From a virus (Duplodnaviria > Caudoviricetes), in the IMG/VR virus record IMGVR_UViG_3300044557_000185, positions 1 through 64,000 of that record: a stretch of DNA of 64,000 nucleotides; one strand, 5' to 3'. The notes under the pieces are model-generated. The model was given only the letters and a program-made list of their open reading frames with translations. It was not told the DNA's origin and searched no databases. The translations under genes and the position numbers were made by a program. Shown here piece by piece: positions 20,392-30,873 of the stretch (within the stretch, counting starts at the first letter, position 1; the number at the start of each line of letters is the position of its first letter).

Positions 20392-20427
20392 GATTAACGA
20401 CGTTTATCTCTATGAACTCAGAAGTAT
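20392..20427 (+). repeat. Half dyad element (copy 4); perfect 36-bp inverted repeat of 18906-18941
   Basis: GATTAACGACGTTTATCTCTATGAACTCAGAAGTAT. Confidence 0.95.
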
Positions 20428-20428
20428 T

Positions 20429-23400
20429 CTAATATATTATCTTGTCGCCATCGAAGTACTGTATGCCTGCAGACTTCATCAAGTTCCAGTCTCTCTTGTT
20501 TGCTATCAAGCATTCAGTGAATTGAGTCTTGCTGTCAGTCATCATCATTACTTTGACAGAGGCTATAGTCTTGGATGTATCGCCAGAAATAGTAGAGAAT
20601 CCAGTAAGTCTGTGAAGCCTGTCTTGATCGCTTACTTTGCCTGACGATATGAGATTAGTATCTGAGAAAGTGCTGTCTGAGTAGACTACTCTCAAAAGCA
20701 GAGTGCTGTTGCCAGTGCTAGACATTATTCTGCAAGATGCGTATATCGTATCTCCGACAGCTATTGCTGAGCCATCTGCATAGTTATTTCCAATAGTCGC
20801 AGATACAGTGCCATTCTGCTTGCCATATGTCTTCTCTGCTTCTATTCCGTATCCAGGCAGCTGCTTAGCTTCAGCTTGCCACGTATTGTTCCAGCTTGCA
20901 GTGCATCTTGGATCTGTCACCAGATTGCTAGCTTCAGTGCCATATGAATTGCCATCGAACCATTGTGCTCCATCGATTCCTGCAGACACCCAGTCATCAG
21001 AAGAGCACAATATGAACGCATCGTATCTTATGTCTGCAGAATTGTATATCGATATGGAGAAGCTGTTAGCGGTTGCAGGGACATTGAAGTCGTAGTCGTT
21101 TCTTTGCCATAGAGAGCTATTTGTCTTGATAGCTCCAAAGTCTTTGACAGAGCCGTCATTGAACAGTATCTTGATGCTAGCTTTCCTTGATGAATCGTAT
21201 GCGTTAGCATAGAATGACAGATGATATGACGAAGATGCAGCTACGAATGGCTTAGTCTGTATAGAATAAGATCCATCGCCACCTTTAGCTCTCAGCATCG
21301 TCTTGCCGGCATATGGAATGCACCATGAAGCATCTGATATCGTATTGATTGCCCATGTGCCAGACATCTGCCCGAAGTCTTCAAGACTGCTCATCGAAGG
21401 CGACTTGAACAGATTGACAGCATCTGAGAATGTTAAGTCTACTACTTTAGCATCATCACACCATATGCTTCTGTCAGATTCTAGCTTGTTGTTGAAGAAC
21501 TCTAGACGCATAGACATAGTGGTAGAATTTGGTACGCAGTATGCGACGAATTCTTGCCATCCATTAGCAGACAGCAGCTTGAAGTCGCCATCATTCAACG
21601 AGACTACATCTCCGTCATCTAGAGCAGACAAACGGACTAGATCGTCTGAAGCATTATCGGAGTCTGTCTTAGCGAAGAATGACATAGCGTACTTGTGGCC
21701 AGGTATGACTGATATGCTGTCAGATGAAGCATAATCATTCTCAACTCCAGTTCTAGACGAGAACTTAAGCGACTTAGCTCCATCATGATGCTGGCCATCA
21801 TCTATCTGCACTAGTCCCTGATTAGACACAGACCAGTTAGACAGATCTTGCTCAAACGAGCTGTTCTGCAGCAGATTGCTTACAGTGTAGTTCTTGCTTA
21901 TGACAGAGTAAGATGCTTCTGGAATGCCAGACCAGAACGATGTCAGTCTTGGATTTGATGTCTTTAGCGTAGAGATGGAGCTGTCTCTGCTGCCAAGCCA
22001 TCTTGAGCTGGCAGACTGATATCCAGCACTTATAGTGTCGCCATCGAAGTAGTCTATTCCGAATCTGTCAGCTATTGCTTGATCAGAATCTGACATTACT
22101 GTGCATGCAGCAAAAGATATGCTTGCAGGTATTCCTGACTTCGAGCTGTCTGAGTAGTCAAGCTTCAAAGCCAGCCTTCCACTGAGGCTGCCTATTGCAG
22201 GAGCGTGGATTGACTGCTTATGCCAACTTGTGCCGATTGAGATCGTGCTAGGAGTAGATATTGCATACGATGCGACATTGTCAGCATACATGATTAGAGA
22301 TGCGCTTACGTTGATGTCAGTGTCAGCTCTTAATGAGAACTTAGTCGTGAAGCTGCTGTTCTGTATGTTGCTGTAGTCGAATGCAGACATCGTATCTGTA
22401 AGCAAGAATATGACAGTCTTCACAGTACTGTCTACTTGCAAAGCATTTATGATGTTCTTGCTAGCTTCTACGCAAGTGCCAGATTCGGTTGTGGAGTCGT
22501 TGACTACAGAAGCAGCAGACAGTGGCACCATGATGTCATTAGTAGCTGGCTTAGAGAACTTAGCTAGATTAGCTATGCTATAGTCTTCGCCGTCATTCGA
22601 TATCTGAAGATGAGATGCAGAGTAGTCTTTGCTGCCAAGCCATGCGTTGTCATAAGACGTGTCGATCGTAGTCTTGTCATCGTAGATGTAGTTGACAGCA
22701 TCCTTGAATGGTATGTATGTTGGCATTATTCTTATCGAAGAGAACCAGTCTTCAGGGTCTATCATCTCTATTCTGACTTGCATTGCATTTCCAGCATTCT
22801 TGAATGTGTATTCAGAATTCGGGTTCAAGACAGCAGAGGATATGTCTTCCCAATCAGTTTCGCTAGATGATCCAGTATTTTTAGCGAATATCGTTATAGT
22901 GCCAGTCTCTATGTAAGCGTCTTTTATGTAGAAGTCAAGCTGGGAGAAGTCATCTATCTCTAGAAGCAGTTCGTAAGTTCCGCCCATATTGAACATCTTG
23001 AATCTAGACGTCTGCAGTAGCTGCCATGATGACGTTTTCTCAGAATCAAGCAGGACGTCTTCCTGCCGTATGACTTTCTCTTCATTTGCAGCAGACACTA
23101 TCTTGAATGTAGCAGATATCTTGCTGTCAGACCTAGTAGACTTGACCAACTGGAATATAGACACACCAGCTTGCACTGTGGTTCTGTCCGATATGTCTAT
23201 GCTACCAAGGCGTATGACAAATGGAGACCTTGATCCATCTGGAGCGATCCTGATGTCTTGCGGATTGACAATGTACTCCTTGACTAGCTCAGAATTGTAC
23301 CAGACTGCTTGAGAGTCGCCCTGGGTCACAGTGCTTGTGAATGCATCGCCCCAAGAGAATGCAGCAGAAGACCATACTTGCCCATTAGCGGGATTGTCTT

Positions 23401-26400
23401 CATTCGCTATGCTTCCATCCCATTCGCAGTTCTGAGTTGGATTAGCTTCCCAGAACAGCACGTCATGCCATGCAGTGCCAGCTTTCAGATCGAAGTACTT
23501 TCTGTTGAGAACAGTGCTTGAGCTGCTAGACAAGACTTGCACTGTCCTGAAGAATGACTGAGTCTTAGTTGGATCGGACTGCACTACAGCTTTCTCTTCA
23601 CCATCCTGTAGGTTTGGCACGAAAGCTCCTACAGTAGTGACGTAGCCATTGCTGTAATGCCATATGGGCATGTCCATTGAGTAGTAGTCGAATTCTTCAT
23701 TGTCTTGCTCGTAGTAGTAGTCAGCTACCTTTACTTTGAGCTCTCTTATAGCGACGAAGTATGCTATGGAGCTAGTAGTATCGACAGTCCTATCTTCATA
23801 ATAGTGCACAGATGGCTTAGTGAAGCCTTGAGAGCCATTCTGTATAGTCGTATTCCTAGTGGTAGTTATGTCATTGACAGTAGTCTTGACAGTCGATACG
23901 TCAGTCTTAGTAGATGTCTTGTGAACGATTGTCTGCGTAGAGTATGTCGTTATCTGCTTCATGACAGTCGTAGGTATCTTTATGACCTGGCCTGGGAATA
24001 TCCACCATCCGGCAGACCTTCCGGGCAAGTATCTTAGTCTAGGATCTCCATCTACCCACGTATTGAGAGCATATATCGACCACCAATTCGCTATGCCAAA
24101 CTTTCTAGCGATATTTATCAGACAGTCGCCTGATTGTATCGTATAGTTGAATGACCCTGACTGCGGTACTTCCGAAGTATGCTTGAGCACTTTAGTAGTA
24201 GTTCTACTGCCATTTACAGTGTTAGAATTGAACGATCGCTCGACATCTTTAGTCTGGCCAGTGTATATGACGCTAGAAGTCTTCTCCGTCTTTATTGAAG
24301 TTGACATCGGCTTGTCATACATCCCTGGCACATACACCTGAGACGGAGAGCCTACGCTGATGACCTCTTGCGGATCAGAGAATATCTCGTTAGTAGTCGA
24401 AGATGAAGACTGTGAACTAGAGCCGTCTCTAGAAAGATACGTCTTCTTGCTTGTTTGTCTGCCGTCTTCAAACTTAGACACTACTTTGGTCGTATCGACA
24501 GTGGTCTTAGTCTTCACATTAGTAGTGTCTATGTTCTTAGTCGACGTCATAGTCTTAGTAAGAGACACTGGGTATGCAAGATAATGAGGGTCGATAGATG
24601 TGTTCTGAACACTGTACTGCTGAGGAGAAAGCTGCGTCATTTCCAGCTTGATGAACTTTGCTTTGACTGTAGCAGAAAATCTGTAGTTCTGTCTATTCAG
24701 CTTCTCGCCTATTATTGCAGGCATCCATAGCTTGTTCATGTAGAACGCGTCAGACACGCCGCCCCTGAATGCTTCTTCTTCAGTAGACTTAGAATAGACT
24801 AATGAATTGAATAGAGTAGATGATGAGTCGTAGAAGTCTGGCGTCAGATAGTATTGCGGGTCCTGTACGAACTTGTCTTTATCTATCTGAGGGATGCTGT
24901 CTTGCTTCATCACAAACTGCTTCATAGTGCCAGACAGCTGACCGATAGTGCATTGATATGAGTCGACTGGCTGAAGCTTGTCATTGAATATCTGAATTGA
25001 AGCAGAAGATACGTAGACTGTGCCTATTGTCGCATAGTTTATGATGTCTACAGCAAGGGTGTCGAGATCTACTATGCTTATGTCTTCTGAACTAGTGTCT
25101 AAGTCGAAGTCTCTCTCAGCTATGCAATATCCGTCATTGTCATTGAAGCTGTCTTGAGATCTGTATACATGCAAGTCTGAAATGACAGTGTAAGCATTTG
25201 CTGAGTCTTCTTCTATACCGAAAGACCCGATATCATTGTCGAAGTCGCTTGGCATTCTTATTCTACAGTAGATGAGTCTCCAAGAGTCTGATAGATCTGT
25301 GCTGCTATACTTCTCGCAAAGGTACTTCTTGTCAGACGAGTCTTTGATGTATGGCTTTACATTGTCGAAGCCGTTCTTGGACTTGCAGTAGAATGATACT
25401 GTGAATACTGATGACGGCAGCAAGTCTATCCAGGGCAAAGCATCTTTGTAGTCATTGTCGCCATACGAAAGCGCAGACATATACGAGTTTGTTGGGTTGC
25501 CAGCACCCCATTTCGGATAAGCAGTACTGCCAAGCTGCCATCCATCTTGATTCATTGTCGAATTTAGAGAAAGGTCTTGATTGAATCTAGACATCTCTAT
25601 AGCGTCTTTAGACTTAGTGTCGCCATTGAATGTCTTGTAGTTCGTGCTCTTTATGACATCCCATTCAGATGAAAGACCGAAGAACATACTAGAGCCGATA
25701 GATATGAAGTCTGAAAAGACGAAAGAGTCATTCTTCATGCTTACAGAGAAATAAGCTTCTCTTATGTCATCGCTTACATGCACAGGCACTTCTATCAAAG
25801 CGACATCTGATGTAGCATTGAAGCTAGCTTCTACTATGACATCCCCGCCTCTGCATATGTCGAAGCTCAATGGCGTGTTCTGCAATGACTGAGAGCAATT
25901 GACATACATAGCTGCAATGTAGTCTCCAGCAACGATATCTTGGTGAGCTCTGCTTCTTGAAGAGAACTCCAGGGCTCCAAGCACCTTAGTGCTTGATGTA
26001 GATGGAGAGAATGACAGCATAGACATCTTCAATGCGTCATCGTACACAGAAAATGTCTTATTGTAGTAGTCGGAACTTATTCTGAATCCGCCAGTAGCGT
26101 AGTTAGTAGCAATTTTAGACATGGATGAATACAGACTAGACGATGAAAGCTGCTGTACTCCATCCCATGACGTATAGTAGTCAAATAGCTTAGTATTCAG
26201 ACCACTCTTCACTACAGCAGTAGCACCAGAATTGAAGTCTGCAGATGTCCTGTACTTTATGCTTACTTTAGCTTTGACGCTGCTGCCACCAGCGTTGTCT
26301 CGTATCTTCTGAATGTCTATGTTAGACGTGTCTACTGGTATAGTGTACGTAGATGATGTCGGGATAGCTACTTCATATGGAGCAGATGTCAGTTGTACTT

Positions 26401-27685
26401 TGCCATCGACTTTAGTGCTAGCATCTACTCCATCTGCTATAGCAGACAGCTCTGTAGACAGCACCATGCTAGCATCGCCTGTAGCAGATGAAAGCGATAC
26501 GTCATTGAGATTGTAGTTGTTTATTTTAGCTCTAATTACGGCTTGATTGCGACTGCCTGTCTCAAAGCCAAATTCAAGAACGATGTCTGTAAGGACTGGC
26601 GATACAGCATCCTGATCTGTAGCAAGAATGGGCACTGGGAAAGGCAGAAGGAGCTGCTGCATTCCATTCTGAGTCAAGAATGAGAACTGGAATTTTCCAT
26701 CAGATCTCATAGTAACGAAGCATCTGTCGCCTATAGAGAATAGCTTTCTGTCACCGCTTGGCAATGCTGAGCTTATGACCCAATGCAGTCCGACAAACCA
26801 GTCTTTGCTCTGATTGAATGCAGATTGCTTCAAGTCGAATGCAATTGACGACGTACTGTCATGCATTGAGAAGCCATCATCAGACCAGTCAGCATTGTTA
26901 GAAGTCGTGTCAAATGTCTTGAAGCTTGGAAGCCTGTTGCCTTCAGCATCGTCTGTTGAGTAGTAGATGTTGAGTTGGCTGCCCATATACACAGGATCAA
27001 CCCAAATGCTGTCTACGAATTGAGCTTGGTCATATTCATCTCTGACATCAAGATACAATGACACTACAGCATCTTGAGCAGGCTGCGGCTCAGACTTCCA
27101 GAATGTGTAGTCATCGCCATCTATCGCATTCTTTGGCTCCCAGTCTTTGACTGTCTTTGATATGACATTGCCAAGGATGTCAGTGTTCTTAGACAGAGTA
27201 AGAGCCGCTTGGTCTCTAGTCTTTATAGACCTTTTTATTGCAAGCCCTTTCAGAGCAAGAGAGTAGTCTTCGATAGGCGCGAAATCATCATTGACTCTTG
27301 TCATGCGGACTATCAGCTTCAATGCGACACAAGGGAGGCATTCGAACTCCCAATGCTGCCACGTATTCCAGTCTTTTCTAGAGATAGTCGTGAACTCTAC
27401 TTTATTGTAGTCGTCTCTTAGAAGTGGCTGCTCTTGCTTGTTCGAATCTATATAGCTGAATGAGTACTTAGCAGCGCAAGACAGTATGTCGAATGCAACA
27501 GATGATATAGACGATCTGCCAGCGAACTCGTATGTCAGCACTTCTGTTACTGTAGATGTCGACTTTCGTAGCTTAGACTTCCATGCGTTGTCAGTAGTCT
27601 TGTAGCCCTTGTTGTCAGTCTGGCTTAAAGCAGCATCAAAGTATGATTTTGTGTAAGTATCGTTGACGAATACTTCTGCCATCAA
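20429..27685 (-). CDS. Very large baseplate/tail protein with LysM and multiple carbohydrate-binding-like domains
   Basis: 2418 aa; YTIQSGDCLINIARKF..IFPGQVIKIP (LysM); NLLQNSSFE CBM-like domain; repeated GIxYFDGD motifs. Confidence 0.8.
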   Translation of the reverse strand: MMAEVFVNDTYTKSYFDAALSQTDNKGYKTTDNAWKSKLRKSTSTVTEVLTYEFAGRSSISSVAFDILSCAAKYSFSYIDSNKQEQPLLRDDYNKVEFTTISRKDWNTWQHWEFECLPCVALKLIVRMTRVNDDFAPIEDYSLALKGLAIKRSIKTRDQAALTLSKNTDILGNVISKTVKDWEPKNAIDGDDYTFWKSEPQPAQDAVVSLYLDVRDEYDQAQFVDSIWVDPVYMGSQLNIYYSTDDAEGNRLPSFKTFDTTSNNADWSDDGFSMHDSTSSIAFDLKQSAFNQSKDWFVGLHWVISSALPSGDRKLFSIGDRCFVTMRSDGKFQFSFLTQNGMQQLLLPFPVPILATDQDAVSPVLTDIVLEFGFETGSRNQAVIRAKINNYNLNDVSLSSATGDASMVLSTELSAIADGVDASTKVDGKVQLTSAPYEVAIPTSSTYTIPVDTSNIDIQKIRDNAGGSSVKAKVSIKYRTSADFNSGATAVVKSGLNTKLFDYYTSWDGVQQLSSSSLYSSMSKIATNYATGGFRISSDYYNKTFSVYDDALKMSMLSFSPSTSSTKVLGALEFSSRSRAHQDIVAGDYIAAMYVNCSQSLQNTPLSFDICRGGDVIVEASFNATSDVALIEVPVHVSDDIREAYFSVSMKNDSFVFSDFISIGSSMFFGLSSEWDVIKSTNYKTFNGDTKSKDAIEMSRFNQDLSLNSTMNQDGWQLGSTAYPKWGAGNPTNSYMSALSYGDNDYKDALPWIDLLPSSVFTVSFYCKSKNGFDNVKPYIKDSSDKKYLCEKYSSTDLSDSWRLIYCRIRMPSDFDNDIGSFGIEEDSANAYTVISDLHVYRSQDSFNDNDGYCIAERDFDLDTSSEDISIVDLDTLAVDIINYATIGTVYVSSASIQIFNDKLQPVDSYQCTIGQLSGTMKQFVMKQDSIPQIDKDKFVQDPQYYLTPDFYDSSSTLFNSLVYSKSTEEEAFRGGVSDAFYMNKLWMPAIIGEKLNRQNYRFSATVKAKFIKLEMTQLSPQQYSVQNTSIDPHYLAYPVSLTKTMTSTKNIDTTNVKTKTTVDTTKVVSKFEDGRQTSKKTYLSRDGSSSQSSSSTTNEIFSDPQEVISVGSPSQVYVPGMYDKPMSTSIKTEKTSSVIYTGQTKDVERSFNSNTVNGSRTTTKVLKHTSEVPQSGSFNYTIQSGDCLINIARKFGIANWWSIYALNTWVDGDPRLRYLPGRSAGWWIFPGQVIKIPTTVMKQITTYSTQTIVHKTSTKTDVSTVKTTVNDITTTRNTTIQNGSQGFTKPSVHYYEDRTVDTTSSIAYFVAIRELKVKVADYYYEQDNEEFDYYSMDMPIWHYSNGYVTTVGAFVPNLQDGEEKAVVQSDPTKTQSFFRTVQVLSSSSSTVLNRKYFDLKAGTAWHDVLFWEANPTQNCEWDGSIANEDNPANGQVWSSAAFSWGDAFTSTVTQGDSQAVWYNSELVKEYIVNPQDIRIAPDGSRSPFVIRLGSIDISDRTTVQAGVSIFQLVKSTRSDSKISATFKIVSAANEEKVIRQEDVLLDSEKTSSWQLLQTSRFKMFNMGGTYELLLEIDDFSQLDFYIKDAYIETGTITIFAKNTGSSSETDWEDISSAVLNPNSEYTFKNAGNAMQVRIEMIDPEDWFSSIRIMPTYIPFKDAVNYIYDDKTTIDTSYDNAWLGSKDYSASHLQISNDGEDYSIANLAKFSKPATNDIMVPLSAASVVNDSTTESGTCVEASKNIINALQVDSTVKTVIFLLTDTMSAFDYSNIQNSSFTTKFSLRADTDINVSASLIMYADNVASYAISTPSTISIGTSWHKQSIHAPAIGSLSGRLALKLDYSDSSKSGIPASISFAACTVMSDSDQAIADRFGIDYFDGDTISAGYQSASSRWLGSRDSSISTLKTSNPRLTSFWSGIPEASYSVISKNYTVSNLLQNSSFEQDLSNWSVSNQGLVQIDDGQHHDGAKSLKFSSRTGVENDYASSDSISVIPGHKYAMSFFAKTDSDNASDDLVRLSALDDGDVVSLNDGDFKLLSANGWQEFVAYCVPNSTTMSMRLEFFNNKLESDRSIWCDDAKVVDLTFSDAVNLFKSPSMSSLEDFGQMSGTWAINTISDASWCIPYAGKTMLRAKGGDGSYSIQTKPFVAASSSYHLSFYANAYDSSRKASIKILFNDGSVKDFGAIKTNSSLWQRNDYDFNVPATANSFSISIYNSADIRYDAFILCSSDDWVSAGIDGAQWFDGNSYGTEASNLVTDPRCTASWNNTWQAEAKQLPGYGIEAEKTYGKQNGTVSATIGNNYADGSAIAVGDTIYASCRIMSSTGNSTLLLRVVYSDSTFSDTNLISSGKVSDQDRLHRLTGFSTISGDTSKTIASVKVMMMTDSKTQFTECLIANKRDWNLMKSAGIQYFDGDKIIY

Positions 27686-27796
27686 AATCTCCGATTGTAT
27701 CGTGCATGTATTGCGAAAGACATGCTAAAATATTCTAGTTATTTATTATTATATAAACACTTTTCAAGCTATTGACCAGATTGTCTTGAGTGAAAC

Positions 27797-28096
27797 TCAG
27801 AACTTGAAGCCATCAGCAAGAAGCAGCTCTCTAGTGTCAAGACCATAGAATGTCTCTGGCAATGAGAAGCCATTGACTCCTACTATTGACATGCTAGCAT
27901 AGTCATCGTACAGAGTTATGTCGCCTTCGAAGTTCGATATTTTGCCATCAGAATATGCTAGCCCAGCTAGACAAGACAGAACATATTGATTCTCATCAGT
28001 CTCATGCTCTATTATCTTAGTGCATATCGTTATAGCATTCAAGTCTTCATAGTCTATGACTACTATGTCACCAACAACTGGATGGCGCCTGTTCAT
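27797..28096 (-). CDS. Hypothetical protein
   Basis: 99 aa, coupled to upstream gene. Confidence 0.7.
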   Translation of the reverse strand: MNRRHPVVGDIVVIDYEDLNAITICTKIIEHETDENQYVLSCLAGLAYSDGKISNFEGDITLYDDYASMSIVGVNGFSLPETFYGLDTRELLLADGFKF

Positions 28097-28097
28097 C

Positions 28098-28550
28098 TCA
28101 CATCTCTTTTCTAGATATTCTTACATTGTTCTGATATGCATGCAAAGCATTAGAGTAAAGAATGACTGCTTTCTTAGCAGACTCTTCTATGAAATTCGTA
28201 GCATTTATTCCAGGATTGAGCCATCTCTCTTCTCGCCATTCTTCAACGCCGTCTATGTTGACGAAGCCAGGTGTGCCTACGCCTACAGCTTTTCTGAACC
28301 CGAAGCTTGTCGGCACTATCTTGCCTTCTAGACTCCATGGTATGTGCGGACGTGTTCCATAGTTCTGGAAGATTAGCCATTCGACATTGTCGAATCTGAT
28401 TCCAAACTCGTTCTTTCTAGCATATGGCTTGACTAGCTCTGTAGACTTCCAGCCTCTCTGTCTTCCGTATGCTTTGACATTCTCGACTAGCCTGTTAGCT
28501 ATCTTCTCAGTCAGCTTTCTTGGTATCATTGCTTGTGCTGCCTTCGCCAA
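28098..28550 (-). CDS. Probable neck/tail-completion protein (HK97 gp10-like)
   Basis: FQNYGTRPH and NPGINATNFIE motifs. Confidence 0.55.
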   Translation of the reverse strand: MAKAAQAMIPRKLTEKIANRLVENVKAYGRQRGWKSTELVKPYARKNEFGIRFDNVEWLIFQNYGTRPHIPWSLEGKIVPTSFGFRKAVGVGTPGFVNIDGVEEWREERWLNPGINATNFIEESAKKAVILYSNALHAYQNNVRISRKEM

Positions 28551-29194
28551 GTGCCATGAGATGCATCTGCATAAGTGCTCATGTCTGTCTTGCTGACAGC
28601 TTTGCCGCCATCTTGAGAAAGCAATTGCTTGCCATTCTTAGTAACAGCCTTTCCAGTGCTTCTGTTGATAGACATGTATCTTCCGCTTATTCTTCTCTTG
28701 CCTGGTCTGTATTTCAGATTGACTGGAATTGGAGATATGTTGTCTCCTGACACTTTTTGAAGCCAAGAGAAGTCTTGCACAGAATATCCGCCACCATCAG
28801 AGTATGCGAACACTGGCGTGATAGTTCCACCGAAGCCAAGATCGAATGAAGTCGTCTCAGTATTGATTGTGACAGACTTGGGAAGAGATCTGTTAGCGAA
28901 GTCATCGCAAAGAATGCCCAGATATGAGAAGCTAGATGAGTTAGTCACATTAGTATAGTGAGTATTGAACAAGTCGTATTCTGTCGATCCGATTCTGATC
29001 GTCATTTTCACGTTCATTCTGTACCAAAGCCATGACGGATTGTTCCTGTTTGGCATTGAGACTGAATCGACAGAAAGCACATTGTCATTGACGATATGCC
29101 AATTGACTGTTATGAAGTCGTGATTTATGCCTTCAGCATAGACGCGTTTCTGCACACCAAAAGCTACATACTTGTATGTTGTCGAAGGCATCAT
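28526..29194 (-). CDS. Hypothetical virion protein
   Basis: 222 aa; C-terminal YRPG..W..K motif seen in actinophage minor tail proteins (recall). Confidence 0.6.
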   Translation of the reverse strand: MMPSTTYKYVAFGVQKRVYAEGINHDFITVNWHIVNDNVLSVDSVSMPNRNNPSWLWYRMNVKMTIRIGSTEYDLFNTHYTNVTNSSSFSYLGILCDDFANRSLPKSVTINTETTSFDLGFGGTITPVFAYSDGGGYSVQDFSWLQKVSGDNISPIPVNLKYRPGKRRISGRYMSINRSTGKAVTKNGKQLLSQDGGKAVSKTDMSTYADASHGTWRRQHKQ

Positions 29195-29577
29195 GCACCT
29201 CTTCTTCTCTTTGCGTATTCATGCAGAATCATGAAAGCTGCATAAGCATGCGAACAGAATCTGTTGTTGACCTTGACGCTTCCACTAGAATCTATGCCAT
29301 CATGAGGTCTGTTCCCAGAATTAGAGATCTCTCCCCATGGACAAGTACAGAAGAAATTAGCTTCGTCGATACTGTTGTCTTTGTACGCTCTTGCTTTTCT
29401 GTTGACATAGGTCTCATATATTCCATTGTCTCCATGTACTTTGCAAAGAATAGAATATGTAGATATGTTTTCTATGTCTACTCTGTTGTCATTCAGCAAG
29501 TCATATGCTTTAGATTTGATATCATCCCAAGATGCATGCTTATCCGAAGTAGAGATCATTGTCGCTATCTCCATCAT
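29191..29577 (-). CDS. SWIM zinc-finger protein (start probably 29553-29577)
   Basis: FCTCPWG...FCSHAYA. Confidence 0.7.
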   Translation of the reverse strand: MMEIATMISTSDKHASWDDIKSKAYDLLNDNRVDIENISTYSILCKVHGDNGIYETYVNRKARAYKDNSIDEANFFCTCPWGEISNSGNRPHDGIDSSGSVKVNNRFCSHAYAAFMILHEYAKRRRGA

Positions 29578-30346
29578 GCGTCTGAATAGAAGCTGTTCCA
29601 GAGTAGATGTTGATGTTGCCATGTGCAAGCGTGTCTGTGCCAGATGGCATTCTGTCTTCGATAGCAGACAGTCTGTCTGTAAGGTCATCCACTTTATCAG
29701 ACAATATAGCTATCTGCGACTCATAGGAATCTTTTAGATCCGCAAGAGCAGTTGCCATAGTGGCTATGTAAGATACGAGCTTGTCAGTGCCAATTTCTCC
29801 AAGTCTTGAGTCCCATACTTGCGGTAGAGTAGTGATGTCTGACAAAGTAGTGCCTGACAGATTCTGCAAGCCTTTAGCTTTCCACATCTGCCCAGACACA
29901 CCTTGCCGATCGCCTACGCTGTCATCAGAACCAAGAGAGTGATGCACTGAAGCGAATGTGGAGTCTGGATAGTCAAGCTGTCCGCCAGACAAGTACTTGT
30001 AGAATGGAGCAGAGCTTTGAGAGAACACGTGCGTATTCTGCACAAGCAGCTTTCTGCCCTTCTTCTTGTCTGGATGCGTAGCATACGTTGGAGAAGAGTA
30101 GTCTACGTCTACAGGGTCAGAATGGTCATGAGATGTAGATGAGTTCTCTATCATTACAGACGATTCTATCGACTGTATAGATCTGTTCTCTGCATCATGC
30201 AGCTCTGAATGAGAATTCTCATTCTGTCCTTCATAGCCGTAGTCAGATGGAGATTCTGATTCCGAAAGCTTGGCTACAGATGGAGTCTTCGGTATTCTGA
30301 GATGGTCATCTATCCCAGCTGGGAACTTAGAAAGCACTACGCCCAT
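29540..30346 (-). CDS. Hypothetical virion protein with C-terminal coiled coil
   Basis: 268 aa, GGAG RBS. Confidence 0.7.
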   Translation of the reverse strand: MGVVLSKFPAGIDDHLRIPKTPSVAKLSESESPSDYGYEGQNENSHSELHDAENRSIQSIESSVMIENSSTSHDHSDPVDVDYSSPTYATHPDKKKGRKLLVQNTHVFSQSSAPFYKYLSGGQLDYPDSTFASVHHSLGSDDSVGDRQGVSGQMWKAKGLQNLSGTTLSDITTLPQVWDSRLGEIGTDKLVSYIATMATALADLKDSYESQIAILSDKVDDLTDRLSAIEDRMPSGTDTLAHGNINIYSGTASIQTHDGDSDNDLYFG

Positions 30347-30672
30347 GGAAGGAACTCCTCATCATCGTCATCTTTGTCTTCATCTATCAGAGCAAGACGT
30401 TCAGCATATCTGAACTTTCTTCTTGAAGTGACGAAGCTTTTGCCAGCTGTCTTGCTGCTTACTTCTTCATGCTTTTCGATCTCATCAAAGCTAGCAATAG
30501 ATTCTAGCGAGTCAATAGCTGCTTCTAAAGTAGGCACATTCCAAGTGCTTACATGCCTGCTTTTGCTAGTAGACTTGTCTACGCTTTCTAGGTCAATTCT
30601 TACACCTGAGCCACTGTCGTCTACTTTTGCTATTAGATCAGTCTTGCCATTGTAATGTCTGAAAGTCTTCAA
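30337..30672 (-). CDS. Hypothetical protein
   Basis: AGGAG RBS, TTG start. Confidence 0.7.
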   Translation of the reverse strand: MKTFRHYNGKTDLIAKVDDSGSGVRIDLESVDKSTSKSRHVSTWNVPTLEAAIDSLESIASFDEIEKHEEVSSKTAGKSFVTSRRKFRYAERLALIDEDKDDDDEEFLPWA

Positions 30673-30755
30673 AGCTCGTCTCCTAACTTTGCTGCTGCTT
30701 ATAATATAATTATATCAATCTCTTAAGCATAGCGATGTTTTGCACTGTATTGACT

Positions 30756-30835
30756 ACGTTTATCTCTAGTAACATCAAAAGATTAGTATATATAATTATA
30801 TATCTTCATACATCTAGGTTCACAGAGATAAACGT
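30756..30835 (-). repeat. 80-bp dyad element copy 5
   Basis: ACGTTTATCTCTAG...TATATATAATTATATAT...GTTCACAGAGATAAACGT. Confidence 0.95.
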
Positions 30836-30873
30836 CGTAACACTGTGGATATAGCTAGATAGCTTGCTATATA

